From Hyphomicrobiales bacterium (lineage in GTDB: Bacteria; Pseudomonadota; Alphaproteobacteria; Rhizobiales; Beijerinckiaceae), in contig CANCAR010000001.1 in the NCBI GenBank assembly GCA_947374125.1, positions 1-48,609 of the forward strand: 48,609 nucleotides of DNA. The letters are read 5' to 3'. Position 1 is the stretch's first letter. Each line of letters begins with the position of its first letter. The translations under genes were made by a program, and so were the position numbers. Below, in pieces: positions 38,767 to 47,438 of this stretch. A model generated the notes under the pieces. The model saw only the letters and a list, made by a program, of their open reading frames with translations, was not told where the DNA came from and made no database searches.

Positions 38767-39136
38767 GACCAATGAACAATCGATTATCATCTTAGCAGCT
38801 TTGGCCCAATCGACCCGGCTTGAAAGCTTTCGCCTGCTCGTCAAGCACGAGCCTGAGGGGTTGGCGGCTGGTGATATTGCCCGCGCTCTAGCCGTGCCTC
38901 ACAATACTTTATCGGCTCATCTTGGGGTGTTGTCGCATGCGGGGCTTGTGACCTCTGTCCGCCAAAGCCGAACGATTACCTACCGCGCCAATCTCGATCA
39001 ATTTCGGGACCTCGCCAGCTATCTCTTGAAAGATTGCTGCGGCGGACGGCCTGAAATTTGTGCTCCGCTGATCGAAGAACTAACCGTCTGCTGCCCACCA
39101 GATCGCCGGTTTGATCAAATCAAAACGGTGATCTGA
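38765..39136 (+). CDS. arsR: ArsR/SmtB-family metalloregulator with a C-terminal Cys cluster
   Basis: wHTH (LAALAQSTRLESFRLLVKHEPEGLAAGDIARALAVPHNTLSAHLGVLSHAGLV). Lacks the ELCVCDL site in the helix. Has C-terminal DCCGGRPEIC and VCC, recalling the Acidithiobacillus-type As(III) site. Confidence 0.85.
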   Translation: MTNEQSIIILAALAQSTRLESFRLLVKHEPEGLAAGDIARALAVPHNTLSAHLGVLSHAGLVTSVRQSRTITYRANLDQFRDLASYLLKDCCGGRPEICAPLIEELTVCCPPDRRFDQIKTVI

Positions 39137-39211
39137 TTCCTTGTTTTGTCGCATGTTTTTGCGATTAACCGGGGTCCACTTAATCGAAACATGCTCTTAA
39201 GGAGAAGGCCT

Positions 39212-39724
39212 GTGTCTGATACCCCTTACAATGTTTTATTTCTCTGCACGGGCAACACGGCCCGCTCGATCCTTGCCGAATGCATTTTGAACCATGATGG
39301 GGCGGGGCGCTTCAAAGCCTATTCTGCCGGGAGTCAGCCGAAAGGCGTCGTCAACCCGCTGGCCGTCAAGGTGCTGACAAGCTTCGGTTACTCGACCGAT
39401 AACGTCTCATCAAAGAGCTGGGACGTGTTTGCGGTGCCTGACGCCCCCGTGATGGATTTCATCTTTACCGTTTGCGATAATGCCGCAGGTGAGGCTTGCC
39501 CGTTTTGGCCGGGCCATCCCATGACAGCGCATTGGGGCATTGAAGACCCAGCCGCCGTTGAAGGCTCCGATCTTGAGAAAGAGCGCGCCTTTGTGGAGGC
39601 TTTCCGCCTGATGCGGAACCGGATTAGCGCGTTTGTTAGCCTGCCCATGCGCTCGATTGACCAAATGGCGCTTGGCAAGAAACTGAGTGACATTGGACAG
39701 ATGGAAGGTGCAACCTCGAAATGA
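39212..39724 (+). CDS. arsC: Arsenate reductase, LMW-PTP / thioredoxin-coupled type
   Basis: CX5R P-loop LCTGNTARS plus the downstream Cys pair VCDNAAGEACP. Preferred start GTG 39212 preceded by AAGGAGA. The tracked ORF starts at 39146. Confidence 0.88.
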   Translation: MSDTPYNVLFLCTGNTARSILAECILNHDGAGRFKAYSAGSQPKGVVNPLAVKVLTSFGYSTDNVSSKSWDVFAVPDAPVMDFIFTVCDNAAGEACPFWPGHPMTAHWGIEDPAAVEGSDLEKERAFVEAFRLMRNRISAFVSLPMRSIDQMALGKKLSDIGQMEGATSK

Positions 39725-40392
39725 GTGCCGTGTCCCTGTCGCGTCGGCTCGCTGCCGAAGGTTTAGGCTCCGCCTTTCTGCTCGCCACCGTTGTTGGCTC
39801 CGGGATCATGGGAGCCAATTTGGCCGGGGGCAATGTTGCCATTGCCTTGCTTGGCAATACGATCCCTACGGGCGCAATGCTCGTTGTCCTTATTCTGATT
39901 TTCGGGCCGATTTCGGGGGCTCATTTCAATCCGGTCGTTAGCGCCGCCTTCGCGATACGCGGACAATTGAGCTTGAAAGAACTTCTTGCCTATAGCCTGG
40001 TTCAATTGGCAGGTGCCATTCTTGGCGTTTGGGTGGCGCATGGCATGTTTGATCTGGCGATTATACAAACTTCGACCCATATCCGAACGGGCAACGCGCA
40101 ATGGTTTGCTGAAGGGATAGCCACCTTTGGCCTGCTCGTAACCATCTTCGGATGCGTAGCGACTGCATCAAAATCGGTGCCGTATGCGGTGGGTCTTTAC
40201 ATTACGGCTGCCTATTGGTTCACGGCGTCAACCTCGTTCGCAAATCCGGCGGTGACGATTGCTCGGTCTTTAACGGATACTTTTTCAGGGATAGCACCAG
40301 TTAATGTGCTGGGCTTTATTGTGGCGCAAGGGATTGGAGCGGGTTTAGCAACTTTTGGCTCGTCCATGATTTGGCCAAAGGAGCCGACATAA
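39721..40392 (+). CDS. aqpS: MIP-family channel (aquaglyceroporin, AqpS-like arsenite channel)
   Basis: Six-TM MIP with NPV (HFNPVVS) and NPA (FANPAVT) boxes. 4-nt overlap with arsC. Context matches the Sinorhizobium ars operon that uses AqpS. Confidence 0.82.
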   Translation: MSAVSLSRRLAAEGLGSAFLLATVVGSGIMGANLAGGNVAIALLGNTIPTGAMLVVLILIFGPISGAHFNPVVSAAFAIRGQLSLKELLAYSLVQLAGAILGVWVAHGMFDLAIIQTSTHIRTGNAQWFAEGIATFGLLVTIFGCVATASKSVPYAVGLYITAAYWFTASTSFANPAVTIARSLTDTFSGIAPVNVLGFIVAQGIGAGLATFGSSMIWPKEPT

Positions 40393-40410
40393 ACGAAAAA
40401 GGAACGTTGA

Positions 40411-40809
40411 ATGGATTATCATGTAAGCGCGACTCGTCTGGATGAGCATGGTAGCGAAGCACGAACCAAAGATGCTGTTATTGTTCTTGATACCGACGTG
40501 AAGGGACGCAAAGACGCGTTCAATCCCGCAGAACTGCTCCTCGCTTCGGTTGCTGCGTGCATGATTAAAGGGATCGAGCGGGTTTCGCCGATGCTTCAGT
40601 TCCAACTAAGGGGCGTTAAGGTGGCGATACACGCGGTCAGACAGGATTCGCCGCCCCTGATCACTGAAATACACTACGAGCTTATGATTGACACGGACGA
40701 GACGGATCAGCGGATTGAGCTCCTGCATACGAATGTCCGAAAATACGGCACGATTTCAAACACGATTGCCCGATCAACCCGGCTCGAGGGAACGATCCGT
40801 AGGGCTTAG
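40411..40809 (+). CDS. OsmC/Ohr-family protein
   Basis: 132 aa with an OsmC-like pattern (FNPAELLLASVAACMIKG). Confidence 0.75.
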   Translation: MDYHVSATRLDEHGSEARTKDAVIVLDTDVKGRKDAFNPAELLLASVAACMIKGIERVSPMLQFQLRGVKVAIHAVRQDSPPLITEIHYELMIDTDETDQRIELLHTNVRKYGTISNTIARSTRLEGTIRRA

Positions 40810-40960
40810 CTTGTGTGTTTGATGAGCAGCTTCGCTTCCGGAGGCTGCGTATTGCTGCGCCAGTCCGTCTACGCTCTTCGAGCTACGCCGGACACTGCCT
40901 CGCCCAAGACGATGTTGCTCCCCGTGGCTGCGCCACGCGTAGCCCCATCGGGGCGAAGCG

Positions 40961-41036
40961 TGGTGGAGCTGAGCGGAATCGAACCGCTGGCCTCCTCATT
41001 GCGAACGAGGCGCTCTCCCAACTGAGCTACAGCCCC
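40961..41036 (-). tRNA. tRNA-Ala (anticodon CGC), CCA encoded
   Basis: Minus strand reads GGGGCTGTAGCTCAGTTGGGAGAGCGCCTCGTTCGCAATGAGGAGGCCAGCGGTTCGATTCCGCTCAGCTCCACCA. Cloverleaf folds by hand. G3:U70 alanine identity pair. Anticodon loop TTCGCAA. Confidence 0.95.
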
Positions 41037-41258
41037 CCAAGGCGGCAGGCGTAAGCCTGTACCTTCGAGATAACGACCGAATAAAAGTTTTCTTCCGATA
41101 TTGCAAGGTGAGGACTGTGGCGCACCGATGCGTAGTTCGCCCCTTGCGCAAGCTTGCGTCGAGCTACCGGCATATCCAAATAGAAGAAACATCGTGTATA
41201 GAAGGCTGCGCGCGGCGGAATGCCACGATGCCTCCGATCATCAAAGGAATGTTCTGCC

Positions 41259-41765
41259 ATGAGTCTGTCGCTTTACGATCTTTCGGTTCCTGTCTTCGTT
41301 CATTCGCTCAAGGCCCTCGCCGAGGTGCTAAAAAAGGCTGAAGCGCATGCCGACGCCAAGAAAATAGACCATTCGGTGTTTTTAACCGCCCGCATTGCGC
41401 CTGATATGTTCGCGCTCACCCGGCAGGTTCAACTCGCCACCGATTTTGCGAAAGGCGGCTCCGCCCGGCTCGCAGGCGTTGAGGTGCCAAGCTATGCGGA
41501 TACAGAAGCGACCTTTGCTGAACTCCATGCACGAATTGAAAAGACGCTTGCCTTTATCGAAACAATTCCTGCAGAGAAATTTATAGGTGCTGAGAGCCGC
41601 GATATCGTTGTGCCGATGCGCCCTGAGCCAAAAACGTTCAATGCACTAACCTATTTGCGTCATGGTGCACTGCCCAACTTCTTTTTCCATACGACGACGA
41701 CCTATGACATTCTACGTCACAATGGGGTTGAAGTCGGCAAACGCGATTTTCTGGGCGTTTACTGA
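41259..41765 (+). CDS. DUF1993-family protein
   Basis: MSLSLYDLSVPVFVHSLKALAEVLKKAEAHA... is the typical DUF1993 N-terminus. Start ATG 41259. Confidence 0.75.
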   Translation: MSLSLYDLSVPVFVHSLKALAEVLKKAEAHADAKKIDHSVFLTARIAPDMFALTRQVQLATDFAKGGSARLAGVEVPSYADTEATFAELHARIEKTLAFIETIPAEKFIGAESRDIVVPMRPEPKTFNALTYLRHGALPNFFFHTTTTYDILRHNGVEVGKRDFLGVY

Positions 41766-41770
41766 TCCCC

Positions 41771-42412
41771 ATGCGGAAGTTTCTGTCATATACTTACAAA
41801 ATCATCGTCGCGCTCACCTTGATGGGCGCGACTTTTTGCACGGAAAGCGCCATGGCTGATACCGAAGAACCGGCCTTTACCCTTTTTAGCAAAGAGGGTG
41901 ACTTTGAGCTGCGTGATTATGCTCCGATCGTCGCCGCCGAGGTCACGGTTGAAGGCGACCGTGACGGTGCGGTCAGTTCCGGCTTTCGTATATTGGCGGG
42001 TTATATTTTCGGCGGCAATGCGGGTAGTGCGAAAATTGCTATGACAGCGCCCGTTACCCAATCGAAGGGCGACACGATCGCGATGACGGCTCCGGTGACT
42101 CAATCGGGGGGCGGTGGCGTTTGGGCGATCCGCTTCATGATGCCGAAGTCTTACACGATAAAAACTTTGCCAAAGCCGAATGATCCGCGAATCCGTTTCG
42201 TCGAGATACCGGCAAGGCGCGTCGCCGTGCTGGGTTTCTCCGGGCTTTGGAACGACGGAAATTTAAACGCGCACCGCGAGGAACTCGTTGCCCTCTTGAA
42301 GGCCAAAGGGCTCAAGTCTCATGGGGAACCGAATTTCGCATTTTACGATCCCCCCTGGAAACCCTTTTTCTGGCGGCGCAATGAGATTATGTGGGACGTT
42401 GCGAGGCCTTAG
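41771..42412 (+). CDS. SOUL heme-binding family protein, exported
   Basis: Signal peptide plus EEPAFTLFSKEGDFELRDYAP...FRILAGYIFGGN...IAMTAPV (duplicated) SOUL/HBP pattern. Confidence 0.8.
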   Translation: MRKFLSYTYKIIVALTLMGATFCTESAMADTEEPAFTLFSKEGDFELRDYAPIVAAEVTVEGDRDGAVSSGFRILAGYIFGGNAGSAKIAMTAPVTQSKGDTIAMTAPVTQSGGGGVWAIRFMMPKSYTIKTLPKPNDPRIRFVEIPARRVAVLGFSGLWNDGNLNAHREELVALLKAKGLKSHGEPNFAFYDPPWKPFFWRRNEIMWDVARP

Positions 42413-42448
42413 AAGAGGATGCCTATGACGCTATGGCTTGACCGTCTT

Positions 42449-42907
42449 TTAGGCGGCCATTTCGGCCATCAAATGCTCGGCAATGGACGCAACCGAATGT
42501 TTTGTGAGGTCTTTGACGATTTCCGCGACCACCAATTTTGAAAAGGCTTCCGGCATGGCACGGCGCAACTCCGCCAATGTCCGCGCTGGGGCCACGATGA
42601 CGATGCGTTTTAGCTTTTCGCGTTCCGCAAGTTTGATGAGGCCCGCGATGATCTCGTGGGCAAATTTGTCTTCCGCCAATTGGTGCCAATCGGTTGGCTC
42701 CGGACTACCACTACGAGAGCCGACACTGGCATAAACCAGACTGGGCCGATCTGTTCCCATTTCATGGTTCTGTGGATCGTTTTGACGCAACACGCTTTCG
42801 ACCGTCAGTACTGGCAAAAAGGCTGTGCCTTCATTGATCAGAATGAGGGCCTTTTTGCCATCGCCGACAACAATATGGGTCCCGGTCGAGAGATGAGAAT
42901 AGGTCAT
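42449..42907 (-). CDS. Host-attachment family protein (bacterial eRF1-like fold family)
   Basis: 152 aa with VVGDGKKALILINEG...DRPS...HQLAEDKFAHEI...IVIVAPARTLAELR, the typical Host_attach pattern. Confidence 0.7.
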   Translation of the reverse strand: MTYSHLSTGTHIVVGDGKKALILINEGTAFLPVLTVESVLRQNDPQNHEMGTDRPSLVYASVGSRSGSPEPTDWHQLAEDKFAHEIIAGLIKLAEREKLKRIVIVAPARTLAELRRAMPEAFSKLVVAEIVKDLTKHSVASIAEHLMAEMAA

Positions 42908-42981
42908 TTTGGTTTTCCCGCTGCAATGATGATCGCCCGGGTTAATGCCGTGGGGTCGGTAGAGGTTGCGTCGGGTGCGGA

Positions 42982-43884
42982 TTATTTTGCTTCTGGTGTT
43001 CGGCGCGTTGCCATGGCGACACCAATGACCGTGATGGCAAGCCCTAACAGCTGAAACAATTGGAGTGTTTCGCCGAAAGCGAAATAAGCCTCAATCGCCA
43101 CACTTGGTGGCACCAGATAGATCAGCGCCGCTGCGCGCGAAACTGCGCCCTCGCGAATGAGCAGCAAAAGAAGCCCAATCGCCCCTAGCGATAGGGCTAA
43201 GACGGACCATGCCATAATCGCAACCAGCGGCAGGTTCCATTCCATGCGCATCGGTTCAAGCCAGAAGGCGAAGGGCGTAATGGCGAGGAACGCCCCTGTG
43301 TATTGCAACGCCGTGACTGTTCTTAAGTCGCCCTTTGGGATGAACCGCTTCTGGTAAAAGGTACCTAAGGTTACCGACACCATCGCCAGCATATTGATGA
43401 GGAGAGGACCAAAGGTTTCGCGTAAATGGGCCGGGTCAATGACGGCCAGTTTTGGTTCCAGCACCAGCGCAATGCCGCAAAAGCCGAGAAACACGCCCGC
43501 CCATTGCAACCGCCCAATCCGCTCTCGCAGGAGGATAGGAGCGAGAAAGGCCGTCAAAATAGGCTGAATAGCCGCAACCAGACCAGAAACACCGGTTGGC
43601 AGACCCTTCGCAATAGCCCACCAGACACCGCCAAGATAAATCGCGTGCAGCAAAACGCCTGACATCATCGCGTGCAGAATGCCACGGCCTTGCGGCCATT
43701 CCGCGTGCGACCAAAAGACGATGATGAGCATGGCACCAATCGCCAAAACGAAACGCGCCGAGAGAAAGGTCAACGGATCGGCGTAATCCGCTCCGTAGCG
43801 AGCCGATACCCAACCCGTCGACCAGATGGCCACAAACAAAGCGGGCGCAATGCGGAGAAGCAATTTAGGGGAGGAATTCGGCAC
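42982..43884 (-). CDS. DMT-superfamily (EamA) transporter
   Basis: 300-aa, ten-TM-like hydrophobic profile with duplicated EamA halves. Confidence 0.82.
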   Translation of the reverse strand: MPNSSPKLLLRIAPALFVAIWSTGWVSARYGADYADPLTFLSARFVLAIGAMLIIVFWSHAEWPQGRGILHAMMSGVLLHAIYLGGVWWAIAKGLPTGVSGLVAAIQPILTAFLAPILLRERIGRLQWAGVFLGFCGIALVLEPKLAVIDPAHLRETFGPLLINMLAMVSVTLGTFYQKRFIPKGDLRTVTALQYTGAFLAITPFAFWLEPMRMEWNLPLVAIMAWSVLALSLGAIGLLLLLIREGAVSRAAALIYLVPPSVAIEAYFAFGETLQLFQLLGLAITVIGVAMATRRTPEAK

Positions 43885-44237
43885 ACAAACAATCCTTATG
43901 CCAAAAGGCTGGCCAGAGGGTAGGCCAAGCGCTGATAGCGAAGGATCGGCGCACGGTCGAGGCCTTATGTCGAATTTTCAGGGTAGAACGATTGACAAGC
44001 CCACGATATCCGTATTTTTGGTGGCAGCATCACTTTTTCGCGTGTCGGTACCATGCTTCTCTCCGTTTTGAAAAAGCCGAAGTCGAAAACTTCCCCATCC
44101 AAAACGGGTGGCGCGAAAACGCGTCGCTGACACGATCCTCGCTCCGGTCTCTCCCCCCGGCGGGGATGAGACCAACCGCTGAAGCAGCGGGTTTTAAGGG
44201 GAGCGGCCTATCAGATATCAAAAAAAGGATCATGATC

Positions 44238-45272
44238 ATGGGTTTCAAGGTCGCGGTTGTCGGCGCCACGGGTAATGTGGGTCGCGAAATGCTTTCCATC
44301 TTGGCCGAGCGGGCTTTTCCCGTGGATGAGGTTGTGGCACTCGCCTCCTCACGCAGCCTTGGCACGGAAGTATCCTTTGGCGACAAAGTGCTGAAGGTTC
44401 AAAACCTCGAACACCATGACTTTTCCAAAACCGATATCTGCCTGATGTCGGCAGGTTCAGGCGTTTCCAAGGATTGGTCACCCAAGATTGGCGCGATGGG
44501 GTGCCTTGTGATCGATAATTCGTCGTGCTGGCGGTATGATGAGCGCGTACCGTTGATCGTGCCAGAGGTGAATGCCGATATTCTCACGCGGTTTATGGGT
44601 GATGCGAAGCGGCTTAACATCATTGCCAATCCAAACTGCTCGACCGCCCAGCTGGTCGTGGCGTTAAAGCCGCTGCACGACCGCGCAACCATCAAGCGCG
44701 TCGTTGTTTCGACCTATCAATCGGTATCCGGTGCGGGCAAGGACGCGATGGACGAGCTGTTCAACCAGTCCCGCGCCATTTTCTCGGCGACCGAAGTGAA
44801 AATCGAAAAATTCCCGAAGCGGATCGCCTTCAATGTGATCCCGCAGATCGATGTGTTCCTCGATGACGGCTACACCAAGGAAGAGTGGAAGATGGTCGTC
44901 GAGACGAAGAAGATCCTCGATACCAAGATCAAGCTGACGGCGACGTGCGTTCGGGTGCCGGTGTTTATTGGCCATTCCGAGGCGGTCAATATCGAGTTCG
45001 AAAACCCGATCACGGCGGATGAAGCGCGTAGTCTGTTGCGCTCTGCCCCGGGCTGCCTCGTTATCGATAAAAGGGAGCCCGGCGGCTACATCACCCCGCA
45101 TGATGCGGCGGGCGAGGATGCTACCTATATTTCGCGCATTCGCGAAGACTCAACCGTCGAGCACGGCTTGGCGCTCTGGTGCGTATCCGACAATCTTCGC
45201 AAAGGGGCGGCGCTGAACGCCATCCAGATCGCGGAATCGCTGATTAACCGGAAGCTGTTGAAGCCCCGTTGA
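44238..45272 (+). CDS. asd: Aspartate-semialdehyde dehydrogenase
   Basis: MGFKVAVVGATGNVGREM...IANPNCSTAQLV (active-site Cys)...VPVFIGHSEAV. Start ATG 44238 (or 44232). The tracked ORF 43992.. is an in-frame open extension with no Asd similarity. Confidence 0.95.
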   Translation: MGFKVAVVGATGNVGREMLSILAERAFPVDEVVALASSRSLGTEVSFGDKVLKVQNLEHHDFSKTDICLMSAGSGVSKDWSPKIGAMGCLVIDNSSCWRYDERVPLIVPEVNADILTRFMGDAKRLNIIANPNCSTAQLVVALKPLHDRATIKRVVVSTYQSVSGAGKDAMDELFNQSRAIFSATEVKIEKFPKRIAFNVIPQIDVFLDDGYTKEEWKMVVETKKILDTKIKLTATCVRVPVFIGHSEAVNIEFENPITADEARSLLRSAPGCLVIDKREPGGYITPHDAAGEDATYISRIREDSTVEHGLALWCVSDNLRKGAALNAIQIAESLINRKLLKPR

Positions 45273-45303
45273 AAGTAAGGTGCGGGTGGTAGACAATAGT
45301 AAG

Positions 45304-45900
45304 ATGTCGAATCACCCGCTCCTTCCACAATCAGTGACCGAGAAATTTGAAGTGTTTGAATGGCGGAATGCTATTCATATTTTAAATGCTGTTCATCCTA
45401 ACGATTTTGCCGAGATCGTGGAAACGCTTGAATATTTTGTTTTGAAAAAGTCCGATATCGAACAGGGTGGTGGCAATAAATCGTCTATTGCTAAAGCGCT
45501 TGATGAAAAACTGCTCAACAGAGGCTGGCAGGAACGTCACTTTGATACAAAGCGTGTGGTTGATGGTAAAAGTTATGATACGCCGACACATAAAGTTGAC
45601 TGCTTCAAGGGCAAGATTGCCTTAGAAGTTGAGTGGAATAATAAAGACCCGTTTTTTGATCGCGATCTTAACAATTTCAGGCTGTTGTATGACCTGAATG
45701 TGATCGATGTTGGTGTCATTATTACCCGGTCGACGGCGCTGGAACCAATTCTTCGGTCCTCGGGTAGGACCGTGACCACTTACGGCAAGGCAACGACACA
45801 CACCGATAAATTGATACCCAAAATTAAGGGTGGCGGAGCTGGCGGTTGCCCCGTAGCCGTGTTCGGCATTTCAGCAGGAGCCTATCGCGATGAGCTTTGA
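45304..45900 (+). CDS. Type II restriction endonuclease-like protein, BglII/BamHI fold
   Basis: HKVDCFKGKIALEVEWNNKDPFFDRDLNNF...VGVIITRS parallels, from my memory of BglII, DIDFGKRDTLVEVQFSNYPFLLNN...VAIIITKG. It has the same D-x8-E-x-E/Q catalytic spacing. Lower GC than the flanks. Start ATG 45304 (tracked alternative GTG 45280). Confidence 0.7.
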   Translation: MSNHPLLPQSVTEKFEVFEWRNAIHILNAVHPNDFAEIVETLEYFVLKKSDIEQGGGNKSSIAKALDEKLLNRGWQERHFDTKRVVDGKSYDTPTHKVDCFKGKIALEVEWNNKDPFFDRDLNNFRLLYDLNVIDVGVIITRSTALEPILRSSGRTVTTYGKATTHTDKLIPKIKGGGAGGCPVAVFGISAGAYRDEL

Positions 45901-46546
45901 TCCCCTCGAGACGATTTTAGATTTTAGCAAAACAACGAGAGGGAAAAAATTTCATACAATCCTTGCTGATCCGCCATGGCGATTTGAGAATAGGACCGGA
46001 AAAATGGCTCCTGAACATCGGCGGCTCAATCGTTATGGAACGATGACGCTGGATGACATTTGCCAATTACCTGTTGCGGACGTGGCAGCTAGTCCTGCCC
46101 ATCTTTACCTTTGGGTTCCTAACGCCTTATTGCCTGAAGGACTTCGGGTTATGAAGGAATGGGGCTTTAATTATAAATCGAACATCATTTGGCATAAAAT
46201 CAGAAAAGACGGCGGGTCAGATGGACGAGGCGTTGGCTTTTATTTTAGAAACGTTACCGAGATTTTGCTGTTTGGAATCCGTGGCAAAAATGCCCGAACA
46301 CTTCCGCCGGGCCGTCGGCAGGTCAATATGATTGAGACGCGCAAGCGTGAACATTCTCGTAAGCCGGACGAACAATATGATCTTATTGAGTCGTGCAGCA
46401 GCGGGCCTTTTCTCGAATTATTTGCTAGAGGGACGCGACCTAATTGGACCCATTGGGGCAATCAGGCGAACGAAGAATACGCGCCCGACTGGAAAACGTA
46501 TGGCTATAATTCTGCTACCGACAAAATGTTAGCCGTTGGCGAATAA
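45890..46546 (+). CDS. MT-A70-family (N6-adenine) DNA methyltransferase
   Basis: Catalytic motif ILADPPWRF (DPPW) near the N-terminus and C-terminal ELFARGTRPNWTHWGNQ, the typical bacterial MT-A70 layout. 11-nt overlap with the preceding nuclease gene. Confidence 0.82.
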   Translation: MSFDPLETILDFSKTTRGKKFHTILADPPWRFENRTGKMAPEHRRLNRYGTMTLDDICQLPVADVAASPAHLYLWVPNALLPEGLRVMKEWGFNYKSNIIWHKIRKDGGSDGRGVGFYFRNVTEILLFGIRGKNARTLPPGRRQVNMIETRKREHSRKPDEQYDLIESCSSGPFLELFARGTRPNWTHWGNQANEEYAPDWKTYGYNSATDKMLAVGE

Positions 46547-46595
46547 CCTTATTTTATAGGTTCAGAAGAAATTGGTGGGGATCTGATAGCGATTT

Positions 46596-47438
46596 TCACC
46601 CATACCTCAGCGCGGCAAGTCCTGCGGCCACGAAAATGGCAGCCACGTAACGGGCGCGGCTGAATTGTTCGCCCAAGAAAAGGGCACCGAAAACGGTAGC
46701 AAAAAACACGGAGGATTCCCGGACTGCCGCTACAAGGCCAATCGGGGCTTCTGTCATGGCCCAGATGGCAATACCGTAAGAGCCGAACGCGGCGGCTCCG
46801 CCAACTAATCCAGTTTTCCATCCCTTGACCAGGGCAAGGGCAAGCGGTTTACCGCGTACATAGAGTGCGGCTGGGACAAAAAGTACGCCATCGAGAAATT
46901 CGAGCCAGATATTGTAACTGATGGAGTGGCCGGAGAGCCTGCCGCCGGTTCCGTCGACCAGCGTATAAAGCGCGATAACGCACGCAAGGATGAGGGCGAC
47001 GAAGAGGGTGTTCCGGTCAATACCGCCTTTGCGAATGCCATCGACAGCCAGCCATAAAATGCCAAAGCTCAACGACAAAGCCCCGCTGAGTGCCAAACCG
47101 CTCGGAATCTCGCGCAAGAAAATGACGGCGAGCAGGGTGGTGAGCAAAGGAGCCGATCCGCGTGTGACCGGATAGGCGACCGACAAATCGGCATTGCGGT
47201 ACAAAAGGCTGATCAGCGTTAAATAGCCAACGTGAATAATCGCTGAAGCGATCAGATATGGCACCGACTCCCACGCGGGTAGTGGGGCAAAGGGCAGCAT
47301 GGGTACGGCGATAAGGCCGCAACCCGCTGCCACCATGGTGGTTGTGACCAATTTATCGCTACCGGCTTTGACAATGGTATTCCAGCCCGCGTGCAACAGG
47401 GCACCGAACAAGACGGCGACAAAAATATGGATGGCCAC
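46596..47438 (-). CDS. DMT-superfamily (EamA) transporter
   Basis: 280-aa polytopic protein with an EamA-like repeat architecture. Confidence 0.8.
   Translation of the reverse strand: MAIHIFVAVLFGALLHAGWNTIVKAGSDKLVTTTMVAAGCGLIAVPMLPFAPLPAWESVPYLIASAIIHVGYLTLISLLYRNADLSVAYPVTRGSAPLLTTLLAVIFLREIPSGLALSGALSLSFGILWLAVDGIRKGGIDRNTLFVALILACVIALYTLVDGTGGRLSGHSISYNIWLEFLDGVLFVPAALYVRGKPLALALVKGWKTGLVGGAAAFGSYGIAIWAMTEAPIGLVAAVRESSVFFATVFGALFLGEQFSRARYVAAIFVAAGLAALRYG

Noticed and set aside
40813-40960. Tracked ORFs 40813..41025 and 40815..41054 (and 40869..41192 on the minus strand) next to or over the tRNA. One reads ...LRSSSYAGH..., reminiscent of spurious peptides often annotated from intergenic repeats.
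   Set aside because: They overlap the tRNA-Ala gene and its terminator-like hairpin (gcccc-atc-ggggc). Only one copy of the motif is present in the window, so I cannot call a repeat family and there is no coding support.
38730-41036. Possibility that the ars/osmC block is a tRNA-Ala-integrated genomic island.
   Set aside because: The 3' end of the tRNA does face the block. However, I found no integrase, no direct repeat of the tRNA 3' end further left, and no obvious compositional shift, so the evidence is insufficient.
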